Below, piece by piece: positions 8,858 to 19,845 of a DNA stretch of 64,000 bases (position 1 is its first letter; the number at the start of each line of letters is the position of its first letter). Position numbers and translations under genes: made by a program. The stretch is from an uncultured Planctomycetales bacterium (GTDB lineage Bacteria > Omnitrophota > Gorgyraeia > Gygaellales > Profunditerraquicolaceae). The stretch lies in NCBI GenBank assembly GCA_964427405.1, contig CAYRUB010000009.1, positions 5,129-69,128 of the forward strand, given 5' to 3'. The notes below the pieces were generated by a model that saw only the letters and a program-made list of their open reading frames with translations, searched no databases and was not told the DNA's origin.

Positions 8858-8900
8858 AGCAGGCGGTTATATTTTAGCAGGCGGGAGGGTTCAGGAATAA

Positions 8901-10172
8901 ATGCGCATATTGGTGATTGGCTCAGGCGGGAGAGAGCACGCATTGGTCTGGAAAATCGCTCAATCAGAGCTTGTGGATAAGGTCTTTTGCGCTCCGGGCA
9001 ATGGCGGTATCGCTCACTTGGCAGAGTGCATTGATATAAAAGCGGATGATGTTTTTGGTTTGTTGGAATTTTCCCGAAAAGAAAAAATTGACCTCACTGT
9101 GGTGGGGCCGGAGGTGGCTTTGTCTTTGGGTATTGCGGATGAATTTATAAAAGCCGGATTAAAGATATTCGGCCCGAGTAAGAAAGCCGCCAATTTAGAG
9201 GCAAGCAAGGTTTTTTCTAAAGAGCTGATGGCTAAGTATAAAGTTCCTACCGCGGATTTTAAAGTTTTTGATGATCCGGAAGCGGCAAAAGAATATATCG
9301 AGAAGATTGGCGCTCCCTGTGTAGTTAAGGCAGATGGTTTGGCTGCAGGTAAAGGGGTGGTCGTGGCGAAAACCGTTAAAGAGGCAAAAGATGCCGTGAC
9401 TTCCATAATGCAGGATAAGATTTTTGGTGATGCCGGGAACAAAATAATTATTGAGGAGTGCCTTTTCGGGCAGGAGGCCTCAATTCTAGTAATTACAGAT
9501 TCAGAAAATGTGGTAGCTTTGGCTTCTGCTCAGGATCATAAGAGAATATTTGATAATGACCAGGGCGCAAATACCGGTGGCATGGGCGCTTATTCGCCTG
9601 CTTCAATAGTTACCGCGGATATTTTAGTTGAGGTTATGGAAAAGATAATTTATCGCACTATTGACGGTTTGGCCAAAGAGGGGATCGGCTATCGGGGGGT
9701 ATTATATGCTGGCGTAATGCTAACTAAGGATGGCCCAAAAGCCCTGGAGTTTAATGTACGCTTTGGCGATCCGGAAACAGAGGCAATCCTGCCCCGGTTA
9801 AAATCGGATTTAGTGGAAGTAATGCTGGCAACTGCTGAGGGTGAGCTGATTAAGATAAAGAATTTGTCTTGGGATAGCCGCGCCTGCGTATGCGTGGTTT
9901 GCGCATCGGGTGGTTATCCGGGAAATTATGCTAGAGATAAAGAAATCAGCGGGTTGGATGCTGCGGAAAAATCAAAAGATATCGTGGTTTTTCACGCCGG
10001 TACTAAAAAAGTGGGAGATAAAATATTGACTAGCGGCGGCAGGGTCCTGGGAGTAACCGGATTAGGTGCCACAATTAATGATGCCATAAATAAAACATAT
10101 GAAGCGGTAAGTAAAATTAATTTTGAGGGTATGCATTTTCGTCGGGATATCGGTTCTAAGGCTTTAGAATAG
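8901..10172 (+). CDS. purD: Phosphoribosylamine-glycine ligase
   Basis: GSGGREHA, APGNGG, KADGLAAGKGV, QDHKR, NTGGMG, EFNVRFGDPE. Confidence 0.98.
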   Translation: MRILVIGSGGREHALVWKIAQSELVDKVFCAPGNGGIAHLAECIDIKADDVFGLLEFSRKEKIDLTVVGPEVALSLGIADEFIKAGLKIFGPSKKAANLEASKVFSKELMAKYKVPTADFKVFDDPEAAKEYIEKIGAPCVVKADGLAAGKGVVVAKTVKEAKDAVTSIMQDKIFGDAGNKIIIEECLFGQEASILVITDSENVVALASAQDHKRIFDNDQGANTGGMGAYSPASIVTADILVEVMEKIIYRTIDGLAKEGIGYRGVLYAGVMLTKDGPKALEFNVRFGDPETEAILPRLKSDLVEVMLATAEGELIKIKNLSWDSRACVCVVCASGGYPGNYARDKEISGLDAAEKSKDIVVFHAGTKKVGDKILTSGGRVLGVTGLGATINDAINKTYEAVSKINFEGMHFRRDIGSKALE

Positions 10173-10174
10173 GT

Positions 10175-10210
10175 CGGCACCCCGCGCTAATAGGAATTGC
10201 GCGGGTGTTG
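10175..10210. other. Intergenic GC-rich hairpin between purD and purE
   Basis: cggcaccccgcgc...gcgcgggtgttg; no U-tract. Confidence 0.5.
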
Positions 10211-10232
10211 TCTATGTAGACAAGGAGGCAAC

Positions 10233-10715
10233 ATGGCAAAAATCAGTATACTTATGGGAAGCCAGTCAGATTTAGAGACAGTAAGCGAGGCAGTTAATGT
10301 GTTAAAGAAATTTAAGGCGGATTTTGAAGTCAGGGTTTTGTCCGCGCACAGGACGCCTAAAGAGGTGGCTCAATATGTGGAGGCGGCTCCGAAAAAAGGG
10401 ACAAAAGTTTTTATTGCTGCCGCGGGGATGTCCGCGGCTTTAGCCGGGGTAGTTGCCAGTCATACTACTTTGCCGGTTATTGGCATACCTATTGAAACAA
10501 AAAATTTAAAAGGACTGGATTCTCTTTTATCGACTGTGCAGATGCCTCCGGGAATTCCGGTTGCCTGTATGTCCATAGGAAAATCCGGGGCAAAAAATGC
10601 CGCGCTTTTTGCTTTGGAGATACTGGGCTTAAGCGATGCTAAAATTACTGCCAAGTTGGTTAATTATAAAAAACAGATGTGCCTTAAAATTAAGCAGACA
10701 AAAATTAAGGTATGA
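10233..10715 (+). CDS. purE: N5-CAIR mutase / AIR carboxylase
   Basis: Start reassigned to ATG 10233 (AAGGAGG RBS). MGSQSD, SAHRTP, STVQMPPGIPV. Confidence 0.96.
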   Translation: MAKISILMGSQSDLETVSEAVNVLKKFKADFEVRVLSAHRTPKEVAQYVEAAPKKGTKVFIAAAGMSAALAGVVASHTTLPVIGIPIETKNLKGLDSLLSTVQMPPGIPVACMSIGKSGAKNAALFALEILGLSDAKITAKLVNYKKQMCLKIKQTKIKV

Positions 10716-11770
10716 GCTTGACAAAAATAATAAAAATAAATCCGTCGGCGCCTGAAGAAGAATATATTAATCAGGCAGCTAAGCTTATTGCCGCAGGCGG
10801 GCTGGTAATTATTCCAACAGAGACAGTTTATGGCATTGCGGCTGATGCCTTGAATAAAAAAGCGCTGGATAAACTTTATGAAATTAAAAAGAGGCCTAAA
10901 GACAAGCCTTTTGCCATACTTATTGCGGATAAATTTAAAGTTGAAGAGTTTGCCTGCGATATACCTATAGCTGCTTATAAAATGATGCATAAATTTTGGC
11001 CGGGACCGCTGACAATTTTATTGAAAGCAGCAAGCGGTGGCAAGGTGGGTTTGCGTATGCCGGACAACCGGGTTGCTTTAAGGATTATTGAGCAGGCGCA
11101 TGTTCCGGTAGCATGTCCTTCCGCTAATATCGCGGATAGCCCTGCGCCGGCTGATTTTGCGCAGGCAATTAAAGATATGGATGGCCTGGTGGATTTGGCT
11201 ATTGACGCAGGAGAAGCCAAGTTAGGGGTGGAGTCCACTATCGTGGATTTAAGTGTTGAGCCATTAAAAATAATCAGAAGCGGCTCGATAAAAGATGAGG
11301 CGATAAACGCGGTTGTAAAAGGCAAGGCCGTGCTTTTTGTTTGCACGGGAAACTCCTGCCGTTCGGTTATGGCCGAGGCGTATTTAAAAAAGCTTCTGGA
11401 AAAACAGAAAAGGACTGATGTTGAGGTGATTTCAGCAGGGATAATGGTCGCCGGCCTGGGCGCAAGCACAGGAACTCAGGAGGTGCTGAATAATGAAGGC
11501 ATTGATGTGAGTTTACACCGTTCGCAGAGAGTGACCAAGGAGATGGCGGATAGATCGGATATTATACTGGTGATGGAAGCAATGCATGAGAGCAGTGTTC
11601 TGCAGCTTGCCCCGGAAGCGAAAAACAGGCTTTTTTTATTAAAAGAATTTGCTAAAATGGATGACAGTAATTTAGATATTATCGATCCCGCAGGAGGGTC
11701 GTTTGAGTTTTACGAGGATACTTTTCGTACAATTAAGGATGCAGTAGAAAGGATAAGCAAGATTATATGA
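10712..11770 (+). CDS. Threonylcarbamoyl-AMP synthase (TsaC/Sua5) fused to a low-molecular-weight protein (Arg/Tyr) phosphatase
   Basis: N-terminal PTETVYG, KKRP, PGPLT, PSAN; C-terminal VCTGNSCRS P-loop and DP. Confidence 0.92.
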   Translation: MSLTKIIKINPSAPEEEYINQAAKLIAAGGLVIIPTETVYGIAADALNKKALDKLYEIKKRPKDKPFAILIADKFKVEEFACDIPIAAYKMMHKFWPGPLTILLKAASGGKVGLRMPDNRVALRIIEQAHVPVACPSANIADSPAPADFAQAIKDMDGLVDLAIDAGEAKLGVESTIVDLSVEPLKIIRSGSIKDEAINAVVKGKAVLFVCTGNSCRSVMAEAYLKKLLEKQKRTDVEVISAGIMVAGLGASTGTQEVLNNEGIDVSLHRSQRVTKEMADRSDIILVMEAMHESSVLQLAPEAKNRLFLLKEFAKMDDSNLDIIDPAGGSFEFYEDTFRTIKDAVERISKII

Positions 11771-12228
11771 GCAAGCTATCGATTGCTTCTGATCACGCCG
11801 GGTTTGTATTAAAAGAGGAATTAAAGGAGTACCTTGATAAAAAGGGGATTGCTGTAAAAGATTTAGGTACTTATTCGAAGGAGCGTTGCGATTATCCTGA
11901 ATACGCTTATAATTTAGCCAAAAGCGTTGCTTCGGGTGAATATAAGCGCGGGATACTTGTTTGTAAAAGCGGTATAGGTGATTCTATTGTTGCCAACAAA
12001 GTTCCTGGCGTGCGCGCCGCGCTTTGCTATAATCTTAAGGCAGCTAAACTTAGCCGCCAGCATAACGACAGCAATGTTTTGGTTTTGGGGTCGGCATTTG
12101 TGAAAGCGGATTTAGCCAAGAGGATGATTAGTCTCTGGTTAAATACAAAATTTTTGGGGGGAAGGCACCTAAGGAGAGTAAAACAAATTAACGAGATTGA
12201 GCAAAAGATAAGGAGATCTGCCAAGTGA
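11767..12228 (+). CDS. rpiB: Ribose 5-phosphate isomerase B
   Basis: [31 protein letters not shown]. Confidence 0.95.
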   Translation: MSKLSIASDHAGFVLKEELKEYLDKKGIAVKDLGTYSKERCDYPEYAYNLAKSVASGEYKRGILVCKSGIGDSIVANKVPGVRAALCYNLKAAKLSRQHNDSNVLVLGSAFVKADLAKRMISLWLNTKFLGGRHLRRVKQINEIEQKIRRSAK

Positions 12229-13472
12229 AACATCTAAAACAAATTGACCCGGAGATTTACGCAGCGATTAAGCAGGAAATGAAACGTCAGGATGAGAATC
12301 TGGAGTTGATTGCTTCGGAGAACTTCGCTTCTTTGGGGGTTTTAGAGGCCCAAGGCTCTGTGTTAACTAATAAATACGCCGAAGGCTATCCCGGTAAACG
12401 CTGGTATGGCGGTTGCGAATATGTTGATATCGCCGAGAGCCTGGCAATTGAGCGGGCCAAAGCGATATTCGGGGCAGAGCATGTAAATGTCCAGCCGCAT
12501 TCCGGTTCTCAGGCGAATATGGCGGTTTATTTCGCGGCGGTAAAACCGGGGGATACGGTTTTGGCGATGGATTTATCTGCCGGTGGGCATCTTACTCACG
12601 GCCATCCGCATAATTTTTCCGGCAGGTTCTTTAAAATGGTTGGATACGGTGTGGATAAAAAAACCGAGGCCTTAGATTATGACGCTATCGCAGAATTGGC
12701 TAAGATACATAAGCCAAAAATGATCCTTGCAGGCGCTTCAGCGTATCCGAGGACAATTGATTTTAAAAGATTCCGGGAGATCGCTGATAGCGTGGGAGCG
12801 TATTTGTTTGTGGATATGGCGCATATCGCAGGGCTGGTTGCTGCCGGTATACATCCATCGCCTGTACCTTACGCGGAGTTTGTTACTTCTACGACACATA
12901 AGACTTTACGCGGTCCGCGCGGAGGGTTTATCCTTTGTAAACAAGAGTTTGCCAAGAAAATTGACAGCCAGATTTTTCCCGGAATTCAGGGCGGGCCGTT
13001 AATGCATGTGATTGCAGCTAAGGCTGTGGCATTTCACGAAGCGATGCAGCCGGAGTTTAAGCAATACCAGATTCAGCTGACTAAAAACTGTAAGGAGCTG
13101 GCAGCTGCTTTAGAGAAAAAAGGTTTCCGTATAGTCTCAGGAGGTACAGATACACATTTGATGCTGGTGGATTTAAACGCCAAAGATGTTACCGGTTCTG
13201 ATGCCTCAAAGATTTTAGGGGAGGTTAATATTACAGTAAATAAAAACCTCATTCCTTTTGACCAGAAGAGCCCGCTGGTTACCAGCGGTATCCGCCTGGG
13301 GACTGCGGCAATAAGCACGCGTAAAATGAAAGAGGCAGAGATGCGGGAGATTGCCCGCCTGATTAATGAGGCGCTGGAGAATAAAACTGATATAGTTAAA
13401 TTATCTAAAATCAAAGAGGAGACAATCGCTTTAGCGAGAAAGTTTCCGCTATACCCGGAGTTGTTAAAATAA
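12225..13472 (+). CDS. glyA: Serine hydroxymethyltransferase
   Basis: [33 protein letters not shown]. Confidence 0.98.
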   Translation: MKHLKQIDPEIYAAIKQEMKRQDENLELIASENFASLGVLEAQGSVLTNKYAEGYPGKRWYGGCEYVDIAESLAIERAKAIFGAEHVNVQPHSGSQANMAVYFAAVKPGDTVLAMDLSAGGHLTHGHPHNFSGRFFKMVGYGVDKKTEALDYDAIAELAKIHKPKMILAGASAYPRTIDFKRFREIADSVGAYLFVDMAHIAGLVAAGIHPSPVPYAEFVTSTTHKTLRGPRGGFILCKQEFAKKIDSQIFPGIQGGPLMHVIAAKAVAFHEAMQPEFKQYQIQLTKNCKELAAALEKKGFRIVSGGTDTHLMLVDLNAKDVTGSDASKILGEVNITVNKNLIPFDQKSPLVTSGIRLGTAAISTRKMKEAEMREIARLINEALENKTDIVKLSKIKEETIALARKFPLYPELLK

Positions 13473-13473
13473 T

Positions 13474-13935
13474 ATGAAAAAGAAAACTATTTCGCATCGC
13501 CGTCCGAGCTGGGATGAATATTTTTTGGAGATGTCAGCCCTGGTTGCTAAAAGATCCACCTGTTTACGCCGCAGGGTCGGGGCGGTAATCGTGAAAGAAA
13601 AAAGGATCCTGGCTACCGGTTATAACGGAGCTCCAAGCGGTTTAAAGCACTGCGTTGAAATCGGCTGTATACGCCAGCAGTTGAAGATTCCTTCGGGAGA
13701 ACGCCATGAATTATGCCGCGCCTTGCATGCGGAGCAGAACGCGCTTATCCAGGCATGCCTGCACGGAATAAGCGTTAAAGACGCCACCCTTTATGCCACT
13801 AATCAGCCGTGCGTTATCTGCGCCAAAATGTTGATTAACGCCGGGATAAAGGAGATTGTAATTGCCGATGGCTATCCGGATAAGATGGCGATGAGTTTCT
13901 TGAAACAGGCAAAGATAAAAATAAGGAAGATATGA
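13474..13935 (+). CDS. dCMP deaminase (ComEB family)
   Basis: [28 protein letters not shown]. Confidence 0.92.
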   Translation: MKKKTISHRRPSWDEYFLEMSALVAKRSTCLRRRVGAVIVKEKRILATGYNGAPSGLKHCVEIGCIRQQLKIPSGERHELCRALHAEQNALIQACLHGISVKDATLYATNQPCVICAKMLINAGIKEIVIADGYPDKMAMSFLKQAKIKIRKI

Positions 13936-14399
13936 AGTGTCCGTTTTGCGGATATAAAGAAGATAAGGTAGTTGACTCCCGCGCTACAGCCGAAGAGTCG
14001 GCAGTCAGGCGTAGAAGGGAGTGTTTAAAGTGCGGTAAGCGTTTTACTACTTATGAATATATTGAAGAGGTTTCTCTGTTGGTAATTAAGAAGGATGGCC
14101 GCAGGGAAGCTTTCGACCGAAAGAAGATTTTAGCCGGTATAATTCGCGCCTGCGAAAAGCGGCCGGTAAGTGTGGAGAAGATGGAGAATGTGGTTGTCCA
14201 GGTTGAGCATTCCATCCAGAAGAAAAGCGACCGCGAGGTTTTGTCCAGCAGGATAGGCGAGCTGGTTATGGAGCGGCTTAAGCTGATTGATGATGTTGCT
14301 TATGTGCGTTTTGCATCGGTATACCGGCAGTTTAAGGATGTGGGGCAGTTTATGGTTGAGCTTAGAGATATTTTAGGCAAAGACAAAAAGAAGAAATAA
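13932..14399 (+). CDS. nrdR: Transcriptional repressor NrdR
   Basis: CPFC, VVDSR, RRRREC..C..RFTTYE, ATP cone, AYVRFASVY. Confidence 0.97.
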   Translation: MKCPFCGYKEDKVVDSRATAEESAVRRRRECLKCGKRFTTYEYIEEVSLLVIKKDGRREAFDRKKILAGIIRACEKRPVSVEKMENVVVQVEHSIQKKSDREVLSSRIGELVMERLKLIDDVAYVRFASVYRQFKDVGQFMVELRDILGKDKKKK

Positions 14400-14400
14400 G

Positions 14401-14490
14401 GTTGGCAGGTCCTGCCTGCCGAGCCACCTCGCTGTGCTCAGCTTTCGCTTGCGCGCAGCAAGGGCTTCGGCTCGACAGTCACCCGCCAAC
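14401..14490 (-). repeat. Palindromic element, family B
   Basis: Termini gttggc/gccaac. The reverse complement aligns end to end with 26601-26682. Confidence 0.85.
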
Positions 14491-14534
14491 TGTAAGATTT
14501 TTATCCTTGCCAAATTAAACATACGGGAGAAGCA

Positions 14535-14948
14535 ATGGTTGAGATGGAGTTGAGTAAGATTGTTATTGATGAAAAGCGGCATGACCAGTTGATTGTTTTA
14601 AAAGAAAAAGGCGGCACAAGAGTTCTGCCGATCGTCATCGGTTTAAATGAGGCTTCGGCCATAAAATTAAAGATCAGCGGTTTTAACCCTCCGCGTCCGT
14701 TGACCCATGACTTAATTTATATAATGCTTAAAGATTTAAACGCCAGCGTGGAGAAGATTATTATCGATAAGCTGGAGGAGACTACGTTTCATGCCAAAAT
14801 TGTCATTAAAGCCGGAAGCGGTGATTTGAAAATTATTGACGCCCGTCCGTCGGATAGCGTGGCTCTGGCGGTGAGGTTTCATGCGCCGATATTTGTAGAA
14901 GAGGCGATTGTTAAGCAGTTTGAAGTATTTGATAAGGATAAACAGTAA
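14535..14948 (+). CDS. Bifunctional nuclease family protein (DUF151)
   Basis: LPIVIG..EA, PRPLTHDL, DARPSD. Confidence 0.92.
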   Translation: MVEMELSKIVIDEKRHDQLIVLKEKGGTRVLPIVIGLNEASAIKLKISGFNPPRPLTHDLIYIMLKDLNASVEKIIIDKLEETTFHAKIVIKAGSGDLKIIDARPSDSVALAVRFHAPIFVEEAIVKQFEVFDKDKQ

Positions 14949-14974
14949 GAATCCCGCCTTAAGGTGTAACACTT

Positions 14975-16420
14975 ATGCTCAAGCTCAACGAAAACGATAT
15001 AGGTATCCTAAAGCCGGTTTATAATTTCGCTAAATCCAAAAAAGTAAAATTATACCTTGTAGGCGGAGCACTGCGTGATTTAATTTTAAACCGCAAAAAA
15101 GATAACCCGGATTTTGATTTTTGCCTGAAGTGCGGGGCAATAAATTTTGGCCGTAAATTATCCAAACAATTAAGGTGCGGATTTGTGGTTTTGGATGAGG
15201 AGCATGCCGCATGCCGTTTAGTTAAAGAAATCGGCGGTAAGGTTTATACCTTTGATTTTACGGATTTTCGCGCCGCAACTTTAGAGAAAGATCTTCTGCA
15301 CCGGGATTTCACTATAAACTCTATGGCGGTGAAGTTCGAGGATGTTTTTGACGACAAAGACTTAAGCGCACTAATTGTTGATCCTTATTCCGGAAGGGTT
15401 GACCTTAAAGGTAAAATTATCCGGGTTAGCGGAAAGAATTCTTTTAAAGAAGACCCGTTAAGGATTTTACGCGCATTTAGCTTTAGCTGCATGCTTGGCT
15501 TTAACCTGGATAAAGAAACATTGCGCCTGGCAAAGAAAGAAAAACACCTAATCAGCGAAGTTTCAAGCGAGCGTATCCGTGAAGAGCTGTTTAAGATCTT
15601 TGACAGCCGCACAGCCTATACTTCTTTAGTCGCTTTGGATAAACTAAAGATTTTAGAGATTATTTTTCCTGAGATAAAACCCATGCGCGGGATAGGCCAG
15701 GGGCCGTATCATCACCTGGATGTCTGGCAGCATACCTTAGAGACATTAAATCAATTTGAATTATTGTTACAGGCGGTAAGGCAAGATCTTGAGATAAACG
15801 GTTATCTTAGCCAAGAGCTTTCAAGTTTGCGCAAAAGATCCAGCCTTTTAAAGCTTGCTTGTATCCTGCATGACGTAGGAAAGCCCGCGGCCATGCGCAA
15901 GGAAAAAAGAAAGATTATTTTTCATGGCCATGAAAGGATAGGTTTGGGGCTGGCGCGTGTAATTTGCCGCAGGTTAAAATTAGCCAATGATGAAACACGT
16001 TCCCTGGAAAGGATTGTGCTCTGGCATTTAAGGCCGGGGTATCTGGCGAATAACGGCAGGCCTACTGAACGGGCGATCTTCCGTTATTTCCGCGATGCCG
16101 GTAGTGACGCCCTGGCAGTACTTTTATTATCTCTTGCTGATCAGCGTGCCACTAAAGGGCCGTTAACCACGGCGCTTTCCCGTGTAAGACATGAGAAAAC
16201 AGTTAAGGTGTTAATCCACAGGCTTCTAAATCAGAATAGAGAAAAGAAGCCCGCGCCATTTTTAAACGGCAATCATATTATGCGTAAATTTAAACTTGCG
16301 CCCGGGCCCCTGATTGGGAAGGTACTTTTAGGCCTGGAAGAAGCTCAGGCCATCGGCAAGATTAAAAATAAAAAAGAGGCCTTTAGATTAGCGGCTATCT
16401 TAATTAAACGCAAGAGATGA
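14975..16420 (+). CDS. CCA-adding tRNA nucleotidyltransferase family protein with HD domain
   Basis: VGGALRD..DFD, RDFTIN, DPLRILR, ERI, HHLDVWQH, LHDVGK. Confidence 0.9.
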   Translation: MLKLNENDIGILKPVYNFAKSKKVKLYLVGGALRDLILNRKKDNPDFDFCLKCGAINFGRKLSKQLRCGFVVLDEEHAACRLVKEIGGKVYTFDFTDFRAATLEKDLLHRDFTINSMAVKFEDVFDDKDLSALIVDPYSGRVDLKGKIIRVSGKNSFKEDPLRILRAFSFSCMLGFNLDKETLRLAKKEKHLISEVSSERIREELFKIFDSRTAYTSLVALDKLKILEIIFPEIKPMRGIGQGPYHHLDVWQHTLETLNQFELLLQAVRQDLEINGYLSQELSSLRKRSSLLKLACILHDVGKPAAMRKEKRKIIFHGHERIGLGLARVICRRLKLANDETRSLERIVLWHLRPGYLANNGRPTERAIFRYFRDAGSDALAVLLLSLADQRATKGPLTTALSRVRHEKTVKVLIHRLLNQNREKKPAPFLNGNHIMRKFKLAPGPLIGKVLLGLEEAQAIGKIKNKKEAFRLAAILIKRKR

Positions 16421-18891
16421 AGAAATTCCTGATAATTACGGCATTCCTGGTTTTAATAGTCTTCTGCGCATTAATATATTTGAATAAGTTTTTCCTGCCC
16501 GGTAAGATAAAATCCATTATCGTCTCAAGCCTTGCTCAACAAACCCGTAAGAATGTTACCCTGGGGTCCTTAGAATTTAATATATTCAAAGGGCTGGTTT
16601 TGCACGAGCTGGTTATTTCCGATAATCAAAATGTAATTTTAAGCACCAGGGAAGCAAGCTGCGCGGTTTTTATCCTGCCTATCTTTAAGAAGCAGATTAT
16701 TATCCCCAGTATAAATTTAAAAGGGCCGTATATTTTCTTAGAGCGCCTGAAAGACGGCACCTTTAATCTTCAGGATATTTTTGCCTCTCGTCCAGCGGTT
16801 GTAAATATTCCGCATGCCAAAGAATCTAAATCAAAGAAATCTGAATTTAGCGTATCCGTTTATAAAATAAATATTTCTTCCGGAAGCATTGTTTTTCAGG
16901 ATGATACTTTGGCCGTCCAATTTAAAAAAGAGGTAAGGAATATCCAGCTTAGTTTAGGGCTGGCTTTGCCTGCGGCGCTTAAATTTAATTTTAAAGGGGA
17001 GCTTTCTAATAATCCGCCTACCTTTATTTATAGCTGGGGAGAATACAAGATTTTAAAACAGGAGCTGGCTGCTAATTTGTCGGTAAATAATTTGCTGCCC
17101 AGGGACTTTGAAGCCTATTACGCCAGCCTCGGGATTAATTTGGTTTCAGGTTCAGCCGACGGCAAAGCTAAGTTAAGCCTTAAGGATCAGCTTCTGCATA
17201 TTGAGGCATCTGTGAAGGCTGCCAAACTGGTTTTGGCCAAGGAGAAGGTTAAGGCCAGCCTGAATTTGGCCTTAGAAAGCAAAGTTAATTATAACCTGCA
17301 AACAAAAAAGTTTTCTTTTGACGGCGCTTGCGATATCCAGAATGCCGATATATCCGGTTTGGATTTCTTCGGAGAACTGAAAAACTTTTACGGCAAGGTT
17401 GTTTTTAATGAACGCTCTTTGGTGGCGCAGGGCCTGAAGGCGGAAATTTTGGGCATGCCGTTTGAGGTTAATTTGGGTGTTAAGGATTTCAGCACTCTGG
17501 CGTTAAACATAAACACCAGTTTAAGTTTAAGCTTCCTTCCGGCTATCGCAAAAGAGAAGTTTAATTTTTCGCAAGTAAGCTCTGCGCTTGGCAAGGCGGA
17601 TTTATTTATAAAACTGCATCCTGACGGAAAAGGCGGCTGGGTAATACAGGGCAAAGCGGATATTATGGGCGCGGGTTTTAAATTAGCGAAGCAGGATGAG
17701 CCGGTTGAGAATATTTCCGCAACCCTTGAATTCAGCCAGCAGGGTTTTAGCTGGTCAGATACAAAATTCAAATACCAGGGCATGGATTATCAGAGCAGCG
17801 GAGAGCTCTCTGATTTTTCCGCTCCCGGCATAAAGCTGCAATTATCTTCCCGTGATATATCTTTAGTCAGTGCCTTTAATATTACGGACAAGAAGATTAA
17901 GATTATCCAGGCTAAAGTCAAGTATCTTGATTCGCAGTTTTTAATCAGCGGGGATATTGATAATTCGGATCCTGCCAGGCCGCAGGCAGATGTTAGCGGA
18001 AAGATAAACCTGGAGCTGGGGGATTTAGATAAGGCGCTGGCCCAAAAATATCCTTTCATAAAGAATTTGCAGCTAAAGGGCCAATTGGAAACAAAATTTA
18101 CTTTTAACGGTCCGGTTTATGATTTTAAGAATTGCTTGATCCAGGCAAGGAGCTCAAGCGGCAATCTTTCTTTGTATGGGTTAAACAGCCGGGATTTTCT
18201 GCTGGATTATCTGCAGGAGGGTAAAATAGCCAAGGTAGTTTCAATGCGCGCTGCCTTTTATGACGGTTTAATTAACGGGACTGCTTCGCTTAATCTCGAT
18301 TCTCTTAATTTGCCGTATCATATAGAGCTGCAGGCAGACGGAGTTAAGCTGGAGAAACTAAAGCTGGATACATTATCTAAAAACAAAAATATCTCCGGGA
18401 CATTCCAGGGAGAAGTCAGGATCAATGGTTTTTCCGGAGATTTAAATAAACTTAGCGGGGCGGGTAACTTTTCTGTCAAAGAGGGGAGGCTCTGGGAATT
18501 GAATTTACTCCAGGGTATGGGCAAGCTGCTGTTTGCTAAGAATTTGGGTAGTATCGAACTTTCAGAATGCGTTTGTGCTTTTTTAATAAAAGACAATTTT
18601 GCTTATACGGATAACCTGAGATTGAAAAGTAATGTTGCCGAGCTTTCCGGCCCGTTAAAAATAGGCTTTAATGGTTCCTTGGAAGGTGCTTTAGATGTGG
18701 ATATTATAAGCGAAATGGTTCCATTAAGCGGAACATTAAAGGATGTTACTACTGCTTTTATGGGCCAGGTGGGTAAAATCGGCGTAATTAAATTGAGCGG
18801 GACGCTCCGTGAGCCGAAATATGGTTTTAAACCGGCGGTAACTAATATTATTAAGGGGCTTACTGATGTGCTTTTTGGTAGAAATCCTTGA
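16417..18891 (+). CDS. AsmA-like (bridge lipid-transfer) protein
   Basis: N-terminal TM anchor, long beta-repeat body, AsmA-like C-terminus (LSGTLREPKY). Confidence 0.8.
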   Translation: MKKFLIITAFLVLIVFCALIYLNKFFLPGKIKSIIVSSLAQQTRKNVTLGSLEFNIFKGLVLHELVISDNQNVILSTREASCAVFILPIFKKQIIIPSINLKGPYIFLERLKDGTFNLQDIFASRPAVVNIPHAKESKSKKSEFSVSVYKINISSGSIVFQDDTLAVQFKKEVRNIQLSLGLALPAALKFNFKGELSNNPPTFIYSWGEYKILKQELAANLSVNNLLPRDFEAYYASLGINLVSGSADGKAKLSLKDQLLHIEASVKAAKLVLAKEKVKASLNLALESKVNYNLQTKKFSFDGACDIQNADISGLDFFGELKNFYGKVVFNERSLVAQGLKAEILGMPFEVNLGVKDFSTLALNINTSLSLSFLPAIAKEKFNFSQVSSALGKADLFIKLHPDGKGGWVIQGKADIMGAGFKLAKQDEPVENISATLEFSQQGFSWSDTKFKYQGMDYQSSGELSDFSAPGIKLQLSSRDISLVSAFNITDKKIKIIQAKVKYLDSQFLISGDIDNSDPARPQADVSGKINLELGDLDKALAQKYPFIKNLQLKGQLETKFTFNGPVYDFKNCLIQARSSSGNLSLYGLNSRDFLLDYLQEGKIAKVVSMRAAFYDGLINGTASLNLDSLNLPYHIELQADGVKLEKLKLDTLSKNKNISGTFQGEVRINGFSGDLNKLSGAGNFSVKEGRLWELNLLQGMGKLLFAKNLGSIELSECVCAFLIKDNFAYTDNLRLKSNVAELSGPLKIGFNGSLEGALDVDIISEMVPLSGTLKDVTTAFMGQVGKIGVIKLSGTLREPKYGFKPAVTNIIKGLTDVLFGRNP

Positions 18892-18912
18892 TATCTAGGG
18901 AGGGGAATTTAA

Positions 18913-19845
18913 GTGCAAATGCAAAGATTTAAACCAGTATTGTTTATCTTGTTTATTGTTTTATTTGGCTGGATTTATTGTTTAGGTGCGGATACAGAAA
19001 CCGTAGCTGTTCCAGTAAATCCCGAATATCGCCAGGAGCTCGGGCATGTTGTAACAATAAAAGAAGATGAGTTTCTTTGGGAGTTGGACACCTATGCGCG
19101 TTATCTGCCTTCCCGTGGCGCCTACGCTCAATCGGGTAAGGTGGCAATTGTGGATTCGGCTTCTGAACTTAGTTATGATGCGAAACTCTTTGGAGAATTA
19201 CCGGTTGAATTTGCTATTGGTTCCAGGTATATCGGGATAAATAATACAACCAGCGTAAAGCTTCCGTCGCACTTAACCCAGGTATCTTTCGGCGCTGAAA
19301 CTACCCTGCCTTTCTTTTTTGATAAAACATATTTTACCGTCGGGCTTGCGCCTACATTCTATACCGATGATTGGAATTTCAACTCTTCATCTTTTCGCAT
19401 TCCGCAGCGCTATTTCCTTATTTATCAAGCGAATCAAAAATTGGCCTTTATCTGCGGTGTAGAGGTCATTCCCGATTTTGACGATCCGGTTAGCCCGATT
19501 TTAGGTTTTATCTATCAACCTAATGACAAGCTTACCTTTAATATTACACCGAGTAAACCGGAAATCACTTATGCTTTGAACGATAAGCTTAGTTTGCTTC
19601 TTAAGGGAGATATGTCAAGTGAGGAATTTGAGGTTACTAAGGATAATATGAAGAATGTAATACTTGAATATAATGAAATGCATTTAGGAGGAGGGTTTAG
19701 GTATCAGGTGAATAAAAATATTCAAAGTTCATTTTCTACCGGATATATTTTTAATCGCTCTCTTAAATATAGGGATGATGATTTGGGTAAGGTGAGTATC
19801 AGGGATGGTGTATATACTGAATTTCGCATAGATATATCAATATGA
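18913..19845 (+). CDS. Putative outer-membrane beta-barrel protein
   Basis: Signal peptide and amphipathic beta strands with aromatic girdle residues. Confidence 0.65.
   Translation: MQMQRFKPVLFILFIVLFGWIYCLGADTETVAVPVNPEYRQELGHVVTIKEDEFLWELDTYARYLPSRGAYAQSGKVAIVDSASELSYDAKLFGELPVEFAIGSRYIGINNTTSVKLPSHLTQVSFGAETTLPFFFDKTYFTVGLAPTFYTDDWNFNSSSFRIPQRYFLIYQANQKLAFICGVEVIPDFDDPVSPILGFIYQPNDKLTFNITPSKPEITYALNDKLSLLLKGDMSSEEFEVTKDNMKNVILEYNEMHLGGGFRYQVNKNIQSSFSTGYIFNRSLKYRDDDLGKVSIRDGVYTEFRIDISI

Noticed and set aside
8858-8890. Direct repeat agcaggcgg x2 before purD as a target-site duplication
   Set aside because: Both copies are on the same side of the accessory block and I found no counterpart at its left end.
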